Position numbers and translations under genes: made by a program
Notes under the pieces: generated by a model
The model's input: the letters and a program-made list of their open reading frames with translations, nothing else
The model's database searches: none
Told to the model about the DNA's origin: nothing
DNA from: Auanema rhodensis
Lineage: Eukaryota; Animalia; Nematoda
Length of the DNA stretch: 64,000 nt
Assembly (NCBI GenBank): GCA_964057225.1
Contig: OZ059897.1
Coordinates: 12,896,001-12,960,000 of the forward strand
Reading direction: 5' to 3'
Part shown: positions 25,403-38,423 of the stretch, piece by piece
Layout of the letters: every line of letters starts with the position of its first letter
How positions within the stretch are numbered: the stretch's first letter is position 1

Positions 25403-27999
25403 CTAAAATAATAGTAAAAAGAAAAAGAATTTTATAATTTTATTAAGAACAAAACAATTTTCTAATATTTTTTAAAATACAAAATCACGTCAATTGGTAT
25501 ATGTATGTATATATTTATATAAAAGTGAACTTTAAGCTTTAACCCATTTCAAGAAAAATTATGAAGAAACAAAAATAAAAAAAATATATTGGAACATTTG
25601 ATTATAATATGAAAGAAATAAGATATAAAATATGAATATACTACTAAATAATAATAATAATAATATATTAAATGAAATAATCAGTATTATTGTATTTTGT
25701 AGATAAATATACATATGTATATACATATATATACGTATTATATAGATAGATTTCTTAAAATAGTTAGATTAACTATAAAAATATGAATAAGAGAGATGAT
25801 CATTTAACGTGAACTGAATGATATTTGAGAATAAAGTAAATTATGTAATATATTTAGAGTTTATTGAACAAATGAATCAACGAAAGCAAGAAGAGAAAAG
25901 AAAAGAATATGTTGCAAAATTATTTTAACAAAAATTTCTCAAAAATTTTGGAATGAGTAAAAGGGCTGATTCATTTCCTGGATCATCGTCATAAGTAACA
26001 TGATCTCTTATTTGAGAATTCAGAATACATTATAATCTTATTAACAGAACAAATAACATGAAAATGAAATTTTGTTTATATCTATCTTTGCTTGTAAAAC
26101 AGATTCTGAAACATTTTTGATTTACCTATGACACTTCCAATGATATAACTAGGCGGAGATTGAAATTAGATCAAATTTATAAAATTTCTTGACTAGCCAG
26201 GTGTGTGAAAGAGATATTGATATAATTAGAAGTTGGATTAACATATATTGGAAGAAGCTAATTTTTAAATGAATTTTAAGTCAAATACTGGGATCAGTGT
26301 GAAGTATCTTCATAATGCTTTTGCCGTTTATTATGAGCAGTTTTTTTTTTTCGCATCAATATATATAAATAATCAAGAAATTTATTTAAATACATATTTT
26401 AATTAGCAAATTCGTAATTTAACATGATATATATTAAAAAAATAAAATATTTAGACATTTTATATGAATAAGCTAACAAGAAATTTCTATATTTTTCAAC
26501 TCAAATACGATAGAATCAGTAATATGTATGAGCTGTCCATTACTCTTTTGTCATGTTCTTAGTCTTAATGCTGATTAATTCTGTTGTGAAATCCTCAAAC
26601 ACTATTTACTTTAGTTGTTCAGCATATACTGAAGAAAAAACAACAGAAACGAGAATAAAATTGTAACAAAATTAGAAAATTTACTCAATTTGGCAATAAT
26701 CGCGGTTAAAAGGAAACAGTTTTTCTGGACACAGCTTTCAGTGCTTAATGTTTTAGATAATCTGCCATTCTGTTAAATAACATACAGCAGAATAAAAGAA
26801 AAATCTTTTTATGGTTTTGTTCATCATATCCGAAAGCGAATTAGTCAGGTTTTAGCAGCATGGAAAAATCTTTTTATTCTTTCCGATTTTAATAGGTATT
26901 AGTTGCTCTGGAAAGACAATTTTTATCGCAAATACCGTATACCAGAAAATTGAATATGAGAAAAAAAGGTGAAGCTTTGAAAACACTTACGTTTGTAAGT
27001 CTGAATGTGTAAAATAAAAAAAAATGGGTGTGATATGTGATTATGATTCTTACCTGTTTATGTTTACAAGTTATAACTTCAAAAAAATTATAGTACGACT
27101 CACTTTACTTTGAATTCGTTATGTACAATGTAAAATTAAAATAAAATGAAACAAGGAAATAAAGAGAAAAATACAAAAACTATAATTTTCTTGTATCAAT
27201 TACTAGGGAAAAACATGATCAAACGCTACTAACTTAGTTATATATAGTATATATATCAATATATCTAAATCTATATAGATATACAGATAGATTTTAGTCT
27301 ATTCTATACATATATGTGTATATGTATGTATATATAGTAGAAATATCATGTACTTGTTAGAATTTCCATGGCATAAACATTGATATCAAATGCTTAAATT
27401 ACTTTCTCACACTTAAGATGTAACAAATAAACTTAAACAAAATTAAAATCTTCTTTTGATCTTCATAATATCTTAATACAAAAGAAAAGAAAGCAGCCTT
27501 CCGTGTTATGAATAATGTGAAAATAACTCTTTCAGATTCATACATAGTAAGCACATGTCTAATTAGATATTTAATATTCATTCCGAATATTTTGGGTACA
27601 ATTTATGACGAAATGAAAAAAAAAATTAAATTAGTCGTTGAACTTTATTTGTCTGGCAATTTCATATGTACATAATGTATTTCATATTTTTCTATATTTC
27701 AGGTTAACAAGAATATATATATATTCATATATATATATATATATATATAAATATATATACATCCTCTATTAATGCTCAAAAGTATTCGTCAAAGGTCAGC
27801 CATAGACGGAAAAGATTTGAATCAGAAACTTTAACCAACAGTTGTTAAGCGGATTAGCTATAATGGATAGTATATTGCCACATGCCCTATAATCGTTAAC
27901 CACATCAAAAAGCCAATTTTATCCTTTTATCTTCTAATTCCGGCATTGATCTCTCACACTGCTACTTTTACTTCTTCTTTTTTTTCTTCTTCTTGTACG

Positions 28000-28500
28000 A
28001 GAATTGCATTCAATCACTGATAACCAACTGCTTCTTCTAGTCAAAATTGAAAAGATTAGAGGACAAGGTGAATCTTCAAACAGCCATGTCGAAAGCTCTG
28101 ATGATGAGATGGGTCTAACCACATCTAGCAAGAGATCAGTTGGGTTGGTCCCAGTCAACTACAAAGCATGTCTCGTCCTCTCTAGGGTCAAGACAGGTGT
28201 TGTTCAGACATAGAAAAAGCTGACTGAAAATTAGAAAAAGCTTAAAAATGGGGAGACAGTAGTTTATGAAGAGAGAGAGATATGGATATTGAAAAAATGT
28301 TAAGACTGAAGAAATATAAGAGAGCATGACCTGAAAGTGATGGAAAACTGAGTTAAGATATGATGAAAGAATGGGGAAAAGAAAGCTTAAAGATAGAGGT
28401 CAGAGTCGCAGCAGACGGAAGCTTAGCACCCAAGATGCATCTTGTCCAGTGTCAGTAGTAGAACTAGCTTGTGCACTATGACTGGCCTACGCACTAGAAG
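28000..28500 (+). mobile_element. Possible decayed 3' fragment of an RTE-like non-LTR retrotransposon
   Basis: Higher-GC island with broken frames VKIEKIRGQ and MRWV*PHLARDQLGWSQSTT. These loosely recall the RTE C-terminal NEEIR / LRWAGHxAR..RW motifs. Confidence 0.25.
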
Positions 28501-29225
28501 ACTAACTTTTTCATTAAAACTTATATAGGCCATTTACCCGTCGAAAAAAAAGGAAAAGTTGCGAAAGTTTTAATAAAATTTTCTTTTTTTCCTTGTTTAT
28601 TTGCTATTTTCAAATAAGTTGTACTATATCCGTATGATCTAATCAAATCAGTTTCGTATAGTATTTAGTTCATGATAACCTAATCTCTTTTCGAAATTGA
28701 AAAAGTTATCAAATTAATTTTTCCGAAACTTTATGTGTAGCTTGAGTCAAAAATATCATTTGAGTCATATAATACTTATAATTCTAATTAATTTAATTAT
28801 AAAATTATATTTTCTTATAGCTTATATATTGAAATGTTCAATTCATTATTTCATAGATCATATCCAGACAAATACAAAAAAAAACAAAATGAAATCAACT
28901 ATTTTTCTGATCATTTGATCGAATCATATTATGTTTTGAGAAAAAATAAGGTTATTCAGCTTGATCTTTAATTTTCTTTTTATTTTAAATCAACTTTGTT
29001 TGGCAACATAGTTTATATTATATGAAATCAACAACAATAGCATTAAACCCAATGAACAATTGAATGTTCTTCTATATAATCCTCATACTAACCATAAGAA
29101 AGATTAGTTTTATAATAATAGAACTCTTTGTTATTTTTTTTATTTATATAATATTAGTTTTGCAACATTTGAATCATCTTATGAAGAAATATTTATAAAT
29201 TCTATATGATCTTTAGGATTTGATA

Positions 29226-31536
29226 ATGCTGCTCCAATCTCTATGGTGTTTTCTCTTCTTGGGTTTTTTCACTGCTACTTCTGTAAGTTCAAATTTCATT
29301 TTACTTCGGTTGTTGTCCTTTTCTTTTTGATTTGATATTGATATGATATAATACCAATAATACTAATGGAAGAACTTGATGCAGTGGACCGGATCAATTT
29401 TTGTTTTATTTGCTGAAATAACTGAAAGTGATTCAAATATCTCTGTACATTTACTAATTATATTCGCTAAACCATGCAATCAAACTGGAGTGTTGAGTAT
29501 TCCAGAGCACACAATATCCGGGTCAATATCCTACACAACCTCAAGATCGTTATCATGACTTGTATCGTCAACGAAGCAGTTCCAGCCAACAACATTCAAC
29601 TTCACCTATAAAAGCTTACCAGACAGCTTATCCACAACCAACATCATCATATGCAAGTTCACATCATCCAACTCATCCACCTGCACATCCACAATCAAAC
29701 CAACATCACTTATATCAGCATCAGCACCATCATCACCTAAAACAGCAACAGCAACAACAGCAACAACAGCAGCAACAGCAACAAAAGCAACATCAACACC
29801 ATTATCAGAAACCGAAATCGCAATCAACTCAAAACTTGTCAGCTAAAGCTAACACCCAGCAAAGTCAACAGCATACTCTCAAACACCAGCAGCAATCCAA
29901 TTACGTGCGAAATCAGCCTGCAACCTCTCATTCTGGCTCCAATTCAGCAACAAGCACCCAACAATATCATCATCTTAATTCACATACTCATCAACAATCA
30001 CCGTCACACCAGCAGCATCAGACGGTTGTTCCCCTTAATCAATATCATCTTCAGCAGCAGCAAACGTCGGTTCATCATCAGCCACACCAATACCAGCAGC
30101 AGCAATTATGCGATATTCCACCTGATCTTTGGTTTGTTATATTAATTCTGTTTAATTAAAAAGGATAAAATAATCTGAAGTAAAACCTAGTTCTGCAGGT
30201 GTGACAGTCAACAAGCTGCCCAACAATGTGGTGTACAAAAGCAATGTGAGCAATTCAAAAACAGACGTCAACCATTAAAAATATCGCTCATATATGAAGC
30301 TATGTGTCCTTATTGTCAGAAGTATGTTTTAACATTATTTTATATGATCTTAAGTTTTAGTTAAAAATAAGCCTAATGTTCTTATTATATTTCACGTGCA
30401 TGTTTATGTGGTCATTCTCGAACCTTATAATATACTTATTTCAAGAAAAGAAATACTCCCTACCTGACTGAAAAGACAATGTGTATCAGTTTACATCACT
30501 GTTTTTCTTTTTCGATCCCTGATTCCTTCCATCGTAAGAAATATGATAATTTTATTTTTTTGAAAAAATAAGCTGGAAATCAATATATGCATGTGCAGAT
30601 GATTTCAATCTTTTTCCACCAACGAATCATTTGGTCAGCTGTTACGAGGATTAGGTCTACGAAAAACGTGTGCACGTCCTCTGAGTATTGAACTAAAAGG
30701 CTTATTACACTCATCGTCCATCATTTTCATTTTGAATTGTATCCCCTGATTTTATCAATTCATCATTTTCATTATTCTTAATTTGACAAGTTGCAAGAAA
30801 AAAAAGTTATATATTTACATAAAGATTTATGACAACGACACTTTCAGATTCATAGCAAATCAGCTCGGAACTGTTTATAATCAATTCAGAGGTCAATTTG
30901 AATTAGAACTCATTCCTTGGGGCAATTCTAGGATTTTGAGAGTTTGTACTAGTCAATTAACACAGAAACATTGTTTTCAACTTTAGGATGGATCATTTTC
31001 GTGTAATCATGGACGTAAAGAATGTGACGCCAATCGTCTTCAGTCATGTGTTCTAGATATTCTCAAAGTTTCTGATTACAATGAGTATTTTCTAATTTTC
31101 AAAAATTCAGGTAAAAGGAGCATTACCATTTATTGTCTGTTTCGAAAGACTTATAACACATAGCTCTGTTGAATCTGGACTTCAGCAGTGCTCAGCCTTT
31201 ATTCGAGCACAATATAGGCAAATTAGGTTTTACAAAATTATATTTAAAACATTTAATAAACACATAATCTCTAGACAATGTTATGATGGCGAACACGGTA
31301 TCCGGTTACAACGAATTGCTGCTCAGAAAACTTTAAATACCAGGCCTCATTCTATTGTAGAGGTAACGTATAATAATACCTTTCAATTATTTAAAATAAA
31401 ATAACTTTATAATATTTAGGTACCATATCTTCTTATTAATGATTATACACCAACAGTTGATAATAATAATTTGAATGTTATGCTTTTGCCCCAACTATTG
31501 AACAAATGGACAAAAGCTCACCATAAAAAACATTAA
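29226..31536 (+). CDS. GILT (IFI30)-family thiol reductase with Q/H-rich N-terminus and saposin A-type module (architecture like C. elegans pqn-48)
   Basis: Signal peptide MLLQSLWCFLFLGFFTATS, then about 200 aa Q/H/S-rich, CDIPPDLWCDSQQAAQQCGVQKQC (SapA), IYEAMCPYCQK (CxxC), LIPWGNS, CNHGRKECDANRLQSC (GILT signature) and VPYLLIN. Confidence 0.92.
29743..29784 (+). repeat. CAG/CAA polyglutamine tract (Q14), coding
   Basis: Read directly from the sequence. Confidence 0.9.
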
Positions 31537-31931
31537 ACTATAATATTCTATTGTAAATTGTATTGTTTCTTTTTTTGTCTCATTATTATCAATAAAAAAA
31601 ATTATAATTAAATTCTTTAATTAGTGCAATAAGAAAAATATTAATGAAGACTTTTGTAATTTTATTAAAAATTATATAATTTATTTGATCCCTTCCTCTC
31701 TCAACCTTTCTTTTATTTCAGATGTATTCAAAATGTCTTGCAAAACTTATTATAACTATAAATCTGGATTGGTTATTTTAAATTGTAGCTTTATCTAATA
31801 AGTTGTGGGTGAAATCATAAAATACAAATGTTTCGATTTATTCAAATATAAATATAAATTCACAAGAACAAAACAATTTGAATTATTTTTATAATTCTGA
31901 AAACTAGTTGTGTCCAACCAAACTCATTTAA

Positions 31932-32844
31932 TTATAACATTTTGCGAAGCTTCTTTTCCTGTTTCGTTGCTACCTTTAACACATCCACGAAACGCTCAGC
32001 TCGATATGGTGGTTCGTAAAATTTTTTGCGACTTAAATCAAGAATATCTCATAATAATAATATCAAATTAACATTACCTATGTCTAAATATGGCAAGAAG
32101 GATGAAAAATGCTTCGATGCTTACGATAATCCAGAATGAAGCAAGCAAGTACATTCTTGAAGGAATTTCTAAATTAAAATTTTTTTTAATTGAAATATTT
32201 GAAATAAAAACACAAACTTCTTTCACAAAACATTCCATTATACCCATATTCACAAATGCATTGTTCCTTAAAAAGTAAACTGAGAAAACATTTCATTAGA
32301 TTTTCAAACTCTAGCTATAGGAGAATCCTGATTAATAATTTCACATTTTCCATGACCTGAACACTTGTTATTCTTACATAATTGAACTAAATATTAGCCA
32401 TAGTTGTTATTCATTCATTACTATAACAATATCTTACATAGGTAGCCAGGAACAGATTTTTTGCATATTTTCACATTGGGAGTGAATGCACCAGCTATTG
32501 CATAGTTATGTGTTCGATTGACGAAATATCTGTATATTAAATTAAAGAAACTAAGGTTTATTGAAAACTAACCCATAACTAATTTGTTCTGAAAAACTTG
32601 TGAGAAATTTACCAGTGTTACATTTTGCATATATTAGTAATACACTACTACGAACTGCTTGAAACTTTCCAATCAAATCCCCATTATTTGTTTGTTTCGG
32701 TTTAGCTGTTGTTTCCGCTTTATACCTATTAAAGTCATCAACAGAACGACGCTATATAAAAAATAAAAATTAAATAGATGATTAAATATACTATACCGAT
32801 AGGGAAAAATCACAAAAAAGTAGTAACAAGAAACACAACCGCAT
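31932..32844 (-). CDS. Small type-I membrane protein with one juxtamembrane EGF domain
   Basis: MRLCFLLLLFCDFSLS/..QLCKNNKCSGHGKCEIINQDSPIAR/EQCICEYGYNGMFCER/KIPSRMYLLASFWIIVSIEAFFILLAIFRHS/RKKFYEPPY..RKML*. Confidence 0.8.
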
Positions 32845-33068
32845 TAAATTGGTGTAATTAGTAAACAGAGTACTAAAAGCGTAATTTGCATAAATCCTAG
32901 ATAGAGAATGAATTTTTTCGCTTTTCTACGAAGACAATTAGAAAATGCTTGTTTGCTACATACACATATACAAAAGTATTTATCACGATTTTATGATATT
33001 TATAAACAATTTAGTTAAAATATGGACAATTAGGAATAAGTCAATAAAAAATACAGTAATCGAAAGTT

Positions 33069-34263
33069 TTAAAAAAAATTTATTGTTGAAACTAATGCGA
33101 TGAATACTGTAACTATTTTCATAAAAGCTGACTGTAGATCGTTTGAAGAGTTACACATGTCGGCTGAAAAAGAAAGATCGTAAAGTTTCGTAAGTATATT
33201 ACAATTGATAAAACTATTAGTCAAGTCTATGTTTAACATAAAAATGAAATAAATCTTACATGTACAATAGCAAATAGATGCTTTTAGCGTTTGTTTGACA
33301 TCCCGTTTTGATCTTGTTACAGTTGCATTACCACCACTGCGGAATGCCACAACATCGAAATTCACATTAAAGCAGTAATCGACAAAAATTGGCGATATTG
33401 GAGACACATCTCTTTCTATATAATAACGGCCTAAAAATTGTTTGTAATTCATAATAGTTTAGCGAGATTAGTATACCCCCTAGGTACCCATCAATTTTTT
33501 TACAAATCTGTGAATTTCCGATGGTCTGTTTACTTTCCTCTTTATAGTTGTAACATGATTGTGCTCCATCGTAAGATGAACAAACGATGCATTTATTAGT
33601 AATTTTTGTATTACTATTGGCTGAAAATAGAGAAGGTAGAGAAAATCAACTATAGCCGTAATACCAGGACAATCCTTTGAAAGTAACGCAGTGTTATCTC
33701 TCAAAGCATTATTGCAAGGAATTGTTTCTCCAGTTTCTTCAACGGTTTCATTGCTTGTACAAGTTCGAACACCTAACTAAATAAAATTGATAAAAGTATT
33801 GAAACTTTATACTTACAGTTAATGCTTTAGTTTCTTGACCAATTGTTTGTGTATTCTTGAAAGTATTACAATGTGCATCTGGATCCTTGATATCGTTGGA
33901 ATCAACCATTTTTTCATAGCATCCACGCGCCGCTTCCACCGCACCATCTTAAACGATAAGTTATTCCTCTTTATCAATTAAATATAACAACTTTACCAAT
34001 AACGAATGTCATCTCTAAGCAGATGCCAGCACATTCAGTGGTGTTTAGAGGACTATTGTAACAACTAAATAAGAAAGATTACTCTCAAACCGTTGCAAAA
34101 CGTACTTAGAACTGAATATCATATCTTTTGGTGGTGTATTACTAGGAAAACCAGTTAAATACCAATTATTTTCTAAATTGGGTGTAGCGCATTGGTAGCA
34201 AGGCTTTGCTGAAGACGAAGCAGACAAGATGTAGAGAGCAGTCACACAATATAATATTTTCAT
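33069..34263 (-). CDS. GPI-anchored two-domain Ly6/quiver(sleepless)-like protein
   Basis: Signal peptide, then CYQCATP..CAGICLE..RGCY..PCN, a second module CIVCSSYDG..ICYCT/SDMCN, and a hydrophobic C-terminal tail. Confidence 0.8.
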
Positions 34264-34502
34264 TTTATTCAAAATTATTCAGCTAGAATAATAGAAAGAA
34301 AAAATAATATACTTTCGAAATCTTCTCTTATATAGTGATGAACTTTGATAGACCATAGTAAAGTTTTAATGCTCCTAGCAAGAACAAACAAATGGTAGGA
34401 TGTTATTTAACTCATAAAATGGAGAATAGTCTTCGTCATATCTAAATTATGACGAAACAATATTTGACTCAATTGAATGTTTGTATATCATGAAATACTG
34501 AA

Positions 34503-34590
34503 AATGCTTGAATCTGATAGGAATGCAATCGCATAAAAGGATTTGTTAACTTCTCCAATAGTTGAAGGAATAGTACATGGGATAGTTACA
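34503..34590 (-). pseudogene. Degenerate duplicate of part of the last glyoxalase II exon
   Basis: aatgcttgaatctgataggaatgcaatcgcataaaaggatttgttaac-ttctccaatagttgaaggaatagtacatggg..gttaca matches 35032-35126 with a few substitutions and small deletions. Confidence 0.85.
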
Positions 34591-34964
34591 AGTTTTCAAT
34601 AATTTTCAATAGGTCCTTATTCATTATTATTAATTGTATTAACTTTTGAATTGTATTAACTAAACCTCTAAGTAAATGATTAACAAGATGACTGCCTTAT
34701 TTGATATATTCATCATTCACCAATATAATAAACTATTAAAATGTTTTATATTTGAAAAGAATTTTAAACGCCTCCGCGTCTAGTGTCTGTTACAAACGTG
34801 AACTTGATGTTTATTAAATAGGGAACCAAAAATACTTACGATACATATAACACATTTATTTAAAAATATGAACACTTTAAAAAAATTGGCCAGGAAATAT
34901 CAACTTTTTTCATTCAATAACACGTTCGAAAAAAATATTTTAAGTATTTCACAATATAGAAAAG

Positions 34965-35995
34965 TTATTTGAAATTGTTCTTAGCTTCTCTAAGGTATTG
35001 CATAACATGAACAGCATCTTGAAATCCAGATAATGCTTGAATCTGAGAGGAATGCAATCGCATAAAAGGATTTATTAACTTTTCTTCTCCAATAGTTGAA
35101 GGAATAGTACATGGGTTAGAGTTACACCAATTTAACTTTGATGCTACATCCTAGAAAAAAAAGTAAGCTCAATCAAAACTTTAACTAACCTTATTAGTAC
35201 TTTCAACGTGAAGGGCGAACTTCAGATTACTAACAGTATATTCATGACCAGGATACACTTCCGTAACATCAGGTAAAGATGCCAGTTTGACATTTAAATT
35301 TTCATTCATTTCCGTTGCATTGCCTGAATATAATTTATATAAATTATAATTATTATTTGAATGCCTTCAAAGAATCTTCCACAGCCTGCGATAAATAACG
35401 TATCGCCAGTTAAAACAACAGGAACTTCATTGCCTTCACAATTGATGAAATAGCAAATGTGTCCTCGTGTATGACATGGAGTTGACAAGCATTTAATCTT
35501 AAACTTTCGGATAAATGCGTATTCCTCACGAGCATATAAACCTTTAGTTCATCAGCAATAGTAAATTCCTCTTCATGTTTAACATGATGATTCAATTCGT
35601 CAATTCGATCGTCACCTCCTAAAAGTAAAACGTATTAAACGTAACGTAACTAATTATTCGAGTTACCAAATATGGGTACATTTAGTTTGTCGGGCCACAG
35701 CTTTCTAAATTGTTTCATCCCACCAGCATGATCCCAATGATGATGGGTTACTAAGCTTCCCACAATACTTAACTGAAATAATGATGTATCGTGTGCTCAT
35801 AGTGCAAGTTCCGTATGAATAGAAGCAAACTGAACGGACATTCAAATCTTCAGCTGCTTTTTGAATTTTTTCAGGTTCTACAGGATCAACAGCCAAAGCT
35901 TTATCACATCCAGTCCTCCATATAAGGTACATATAATTATCCGAGAGAGCGGATACAGGTTTAACACTTAGCAACTTCTTCAAAGCATTAGCCAT
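34965..35995 (-). CDS. HAGH: Hydroxyacylglutathione hydrolase (glyoxalase II)
   Basis: [67 protein letters not shown] and [15 protein letters not shown] motifs. Confidence 0.96.
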
Positions 35996-36416
35996 TTTCC
36001 CTAGAAAATGTTATATTGGTTCAAATTAAAAGACGCTGAACCGTAGTAATCAATATTATCAATTGCATATTCATTTAAATTAAGTATATTAATTTTCAAA
36101 AAATAGTGAATCTAATAAAATTATTATTGAATTAATTTTCCCTATAAATCATTTCAGTTTTTTGTTATATACAACTTTAATCATTTTTAAAGAATAATTT
36201 AAACGAGACTTCATCAATAAATGGATGATGATGTGTGCTCCAATGCCAATGTAAAGTACTGTATATAAGAATCTCACGTAAAATTTCCGAAACTTTTCGA
36301 AGCCTACGTGTATTCCAAATTATATGTATAAATTGAATATATTTTTTAATGTTATTATTTTACGTTGAATGTTTTCAGTTAGCACCTCACTTGGCCCCCC
36401 GGCTGGATAGCCTACA

Positions 36417-37219
36417 ATGACTAGTTCAAATTGTTGTTTTTATGGTTCGGATCCAGTAGAAATAGTAAGGATATACTATTTTAATGTAAAAAAATTTTTT
36501 TTTAGGACGATTTGTCTCCTGGTGGACCTCTATGGTACGAATCTCCAGAAACTCCATTCGATGATTTGAAAAGTGTTCAGTATGGTGAGATAAAGAAGGA
36601 GCCCGAAGCTTTCAATGTTGATCCATGGCATGATACCTCATCATCTTCTGGCGATTATAATAATGCATTGGTTCCTACTCCCACACCGTCTCACTCAAGA
36701 TCTCAACGGATGATGCCCTATGCTCGTTCTTCAAGCAGCTCTTCGCCTAGCATGAAGTCAGGTCCCGCTTCCTCTCGAGGTCGACCATCTAAAGCTACTA
36801 GCAATTCCAAAATGGCTACGTATGCTAGAAATTACCGAGAAGTCAAGAAATCCCAAATGGCTCAATGCACTCAACAGAACGAAGAATTAAAAGCTGAAAA
36901 TTTCCGTTTAAGGATGGATAACCATGAGCTTCAAGCTTCTTTAACCCGTTTGGAACAGGAACTTGGACATATTCGTGAAGCTTTTGGTCGTACTTCCACT
37001 ATTGTGTCAGCTATATCTTGTTTAAAATCTGCTCCAGATGCTAAACCATCACCTCAGTCAGAACTTTTTAACGGATTCTGTCTTCATCTTATGGATGGTA
37101 AATTTTCTTTTGAAGTATGCCAACAATGCAGTAACAGCGCTCGTTCTAAACTAAACCCAGAAACAACTACTGCTCCTACTTTCAATAGTGATTTTGATAG
37201 TATTTCTAAATTTGTTTGA
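36417..37219 (+). CDS. bZIP transcription factor, CREBZF/Zhangfei-like
   Basis: MTSSNCCFYGSDPVEI/DDLSP..; basic region SKMATYARNYREVKK followed by leucine heptads. The C-terminal GFCLHLMDGKFSFEVCQQC matches the CREBZF G-x-CLH..S-x-E-x-C-xx-C motif. Confidence 0.85.
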
Positions 37220-37755
37220 TAGCTGGTATTGCTGTTACTCACGTTTTATAGTTGTTTTTTTTCCTCTTGAAGACCAGTAAGGACTGGTTTCAACAGCCAG
37301 AATCTTGGATATCTTTAAGAGGAGGCATATCATTAGCTTCATAGTTTTTGCGAATTATAAACCAATCGAAGGTTAATAGTTCAATTTCTTCCTAAACTGC
37401 TGACTTAAGATTTCCTCCCCTTCCAAATTATTGTTTATGAGCAGTTTAGGCCACGTGTAGATTATGCCATCCTAAATTTATTTCGATGGCCTCTGTCAAT
37501 CGACCCATACTTTTATTGAAGTTCAAAAAAAGATGTCAAAGACAAAAAATTGAGTTTTCGGAAGCCTTCAGAGTACATATTCTGCCTTATTGATTTGTTA
37601 TTATTCACTTTGATTTTTTTGTTGCGGATGTCTTATATGATTAAATTGATTATATAATTGTGCATTTTATTTAATATATGGGATAATCCCAACACGTATA
37701 CTTCACCGGTTTTCAAATGTTATGTTTCTTCAACATTTATTTAGACTGTTCTTGT

Positions 37756-38423
37756 ATGTTTGATATGAGCACGATTGGACATGAAGTTCATCTTTTCTGG
37801 GAAGAAGACCAACTAGTCCCGTCTTGTAAGTTTTTATTACCATTATTTATATTTTATGAACCTTGTTTTCCAGGTTCCTCTGAACCTTTTGATTCAAAAA
37901 GGTTTGAAACAAACAGGACTAAATCTATTAAAAAGACCAAAAGTTTTAATTCCAATTTGCTTGCCGTGCGTGATAAGAAACGTTGTAAAAGCATTTCAGG
38001 TATATATAAGAAGCTCTGTTAATCATACTATTCAACTATTATAGGTAAAAGAAGGAAATATGCTGTTGCAAAATCTCGATATTTGCAAGTAATAAAGCTT
38101 CGGCAATTAAAAGCAAAGGTACTGTTCGATCACATTGCATAGTAATGCAAATGAGATATTGTTAGATGAATGAACAAAATGAGAGAAAGAAATTAGAAAA
38201 AGAAAGAAAAAGACGGTTGATTGAAGTTGCTTCCAACAATGTTACAGACAGGGTTTGTTTTTTCTTTTTGTAACCTTTTCTTGCATTATCAATTTTGCAT
38301 ATTTCTTTAGACTAATGTATTTTTTAGGTTAAATCTCTCGAACAAAGTGCCAGAGAGATGAGACGCGAAGTTGATAAGCAAACTCAGGAGTTTATGATGT
38401 TTTTTGTTTCTTTATTCGGCTAG
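37756..38423 (+). CDS. Basic coiled-coil protein, possibly a degenerate bZIP; further 3' exons possible to ~39100
   Basis: Five phase-consistent exons: MFDMSTIGHEV..SISGKRRKYAVAKSRYLQVIKLRQLKAKMNEQNERKKLEKERKRR..VKSLEQSAREMRREVDKQTQEFMMFFVSLFG*. An alternative donor near 38390 joins further in-phase exons (RKLIDLRVFCC.., LFLAKYCDN, AIAIITT..). Confidence 0.6.

Noticed and set aside
26600-27060. Minus-strand splice-like signals and a short open frame (NGRLSKTLSTESCVQKNC..)
   Set aside because: I could not build a start-to-stop model with a recognisable product.
31932-32844. Calling the EGF protein lin-3 or an EGFR ligand
   Set aside because: Lacks the conserved Arg before Cys6 and has C-x4-C rather than C-x7-C spacing.
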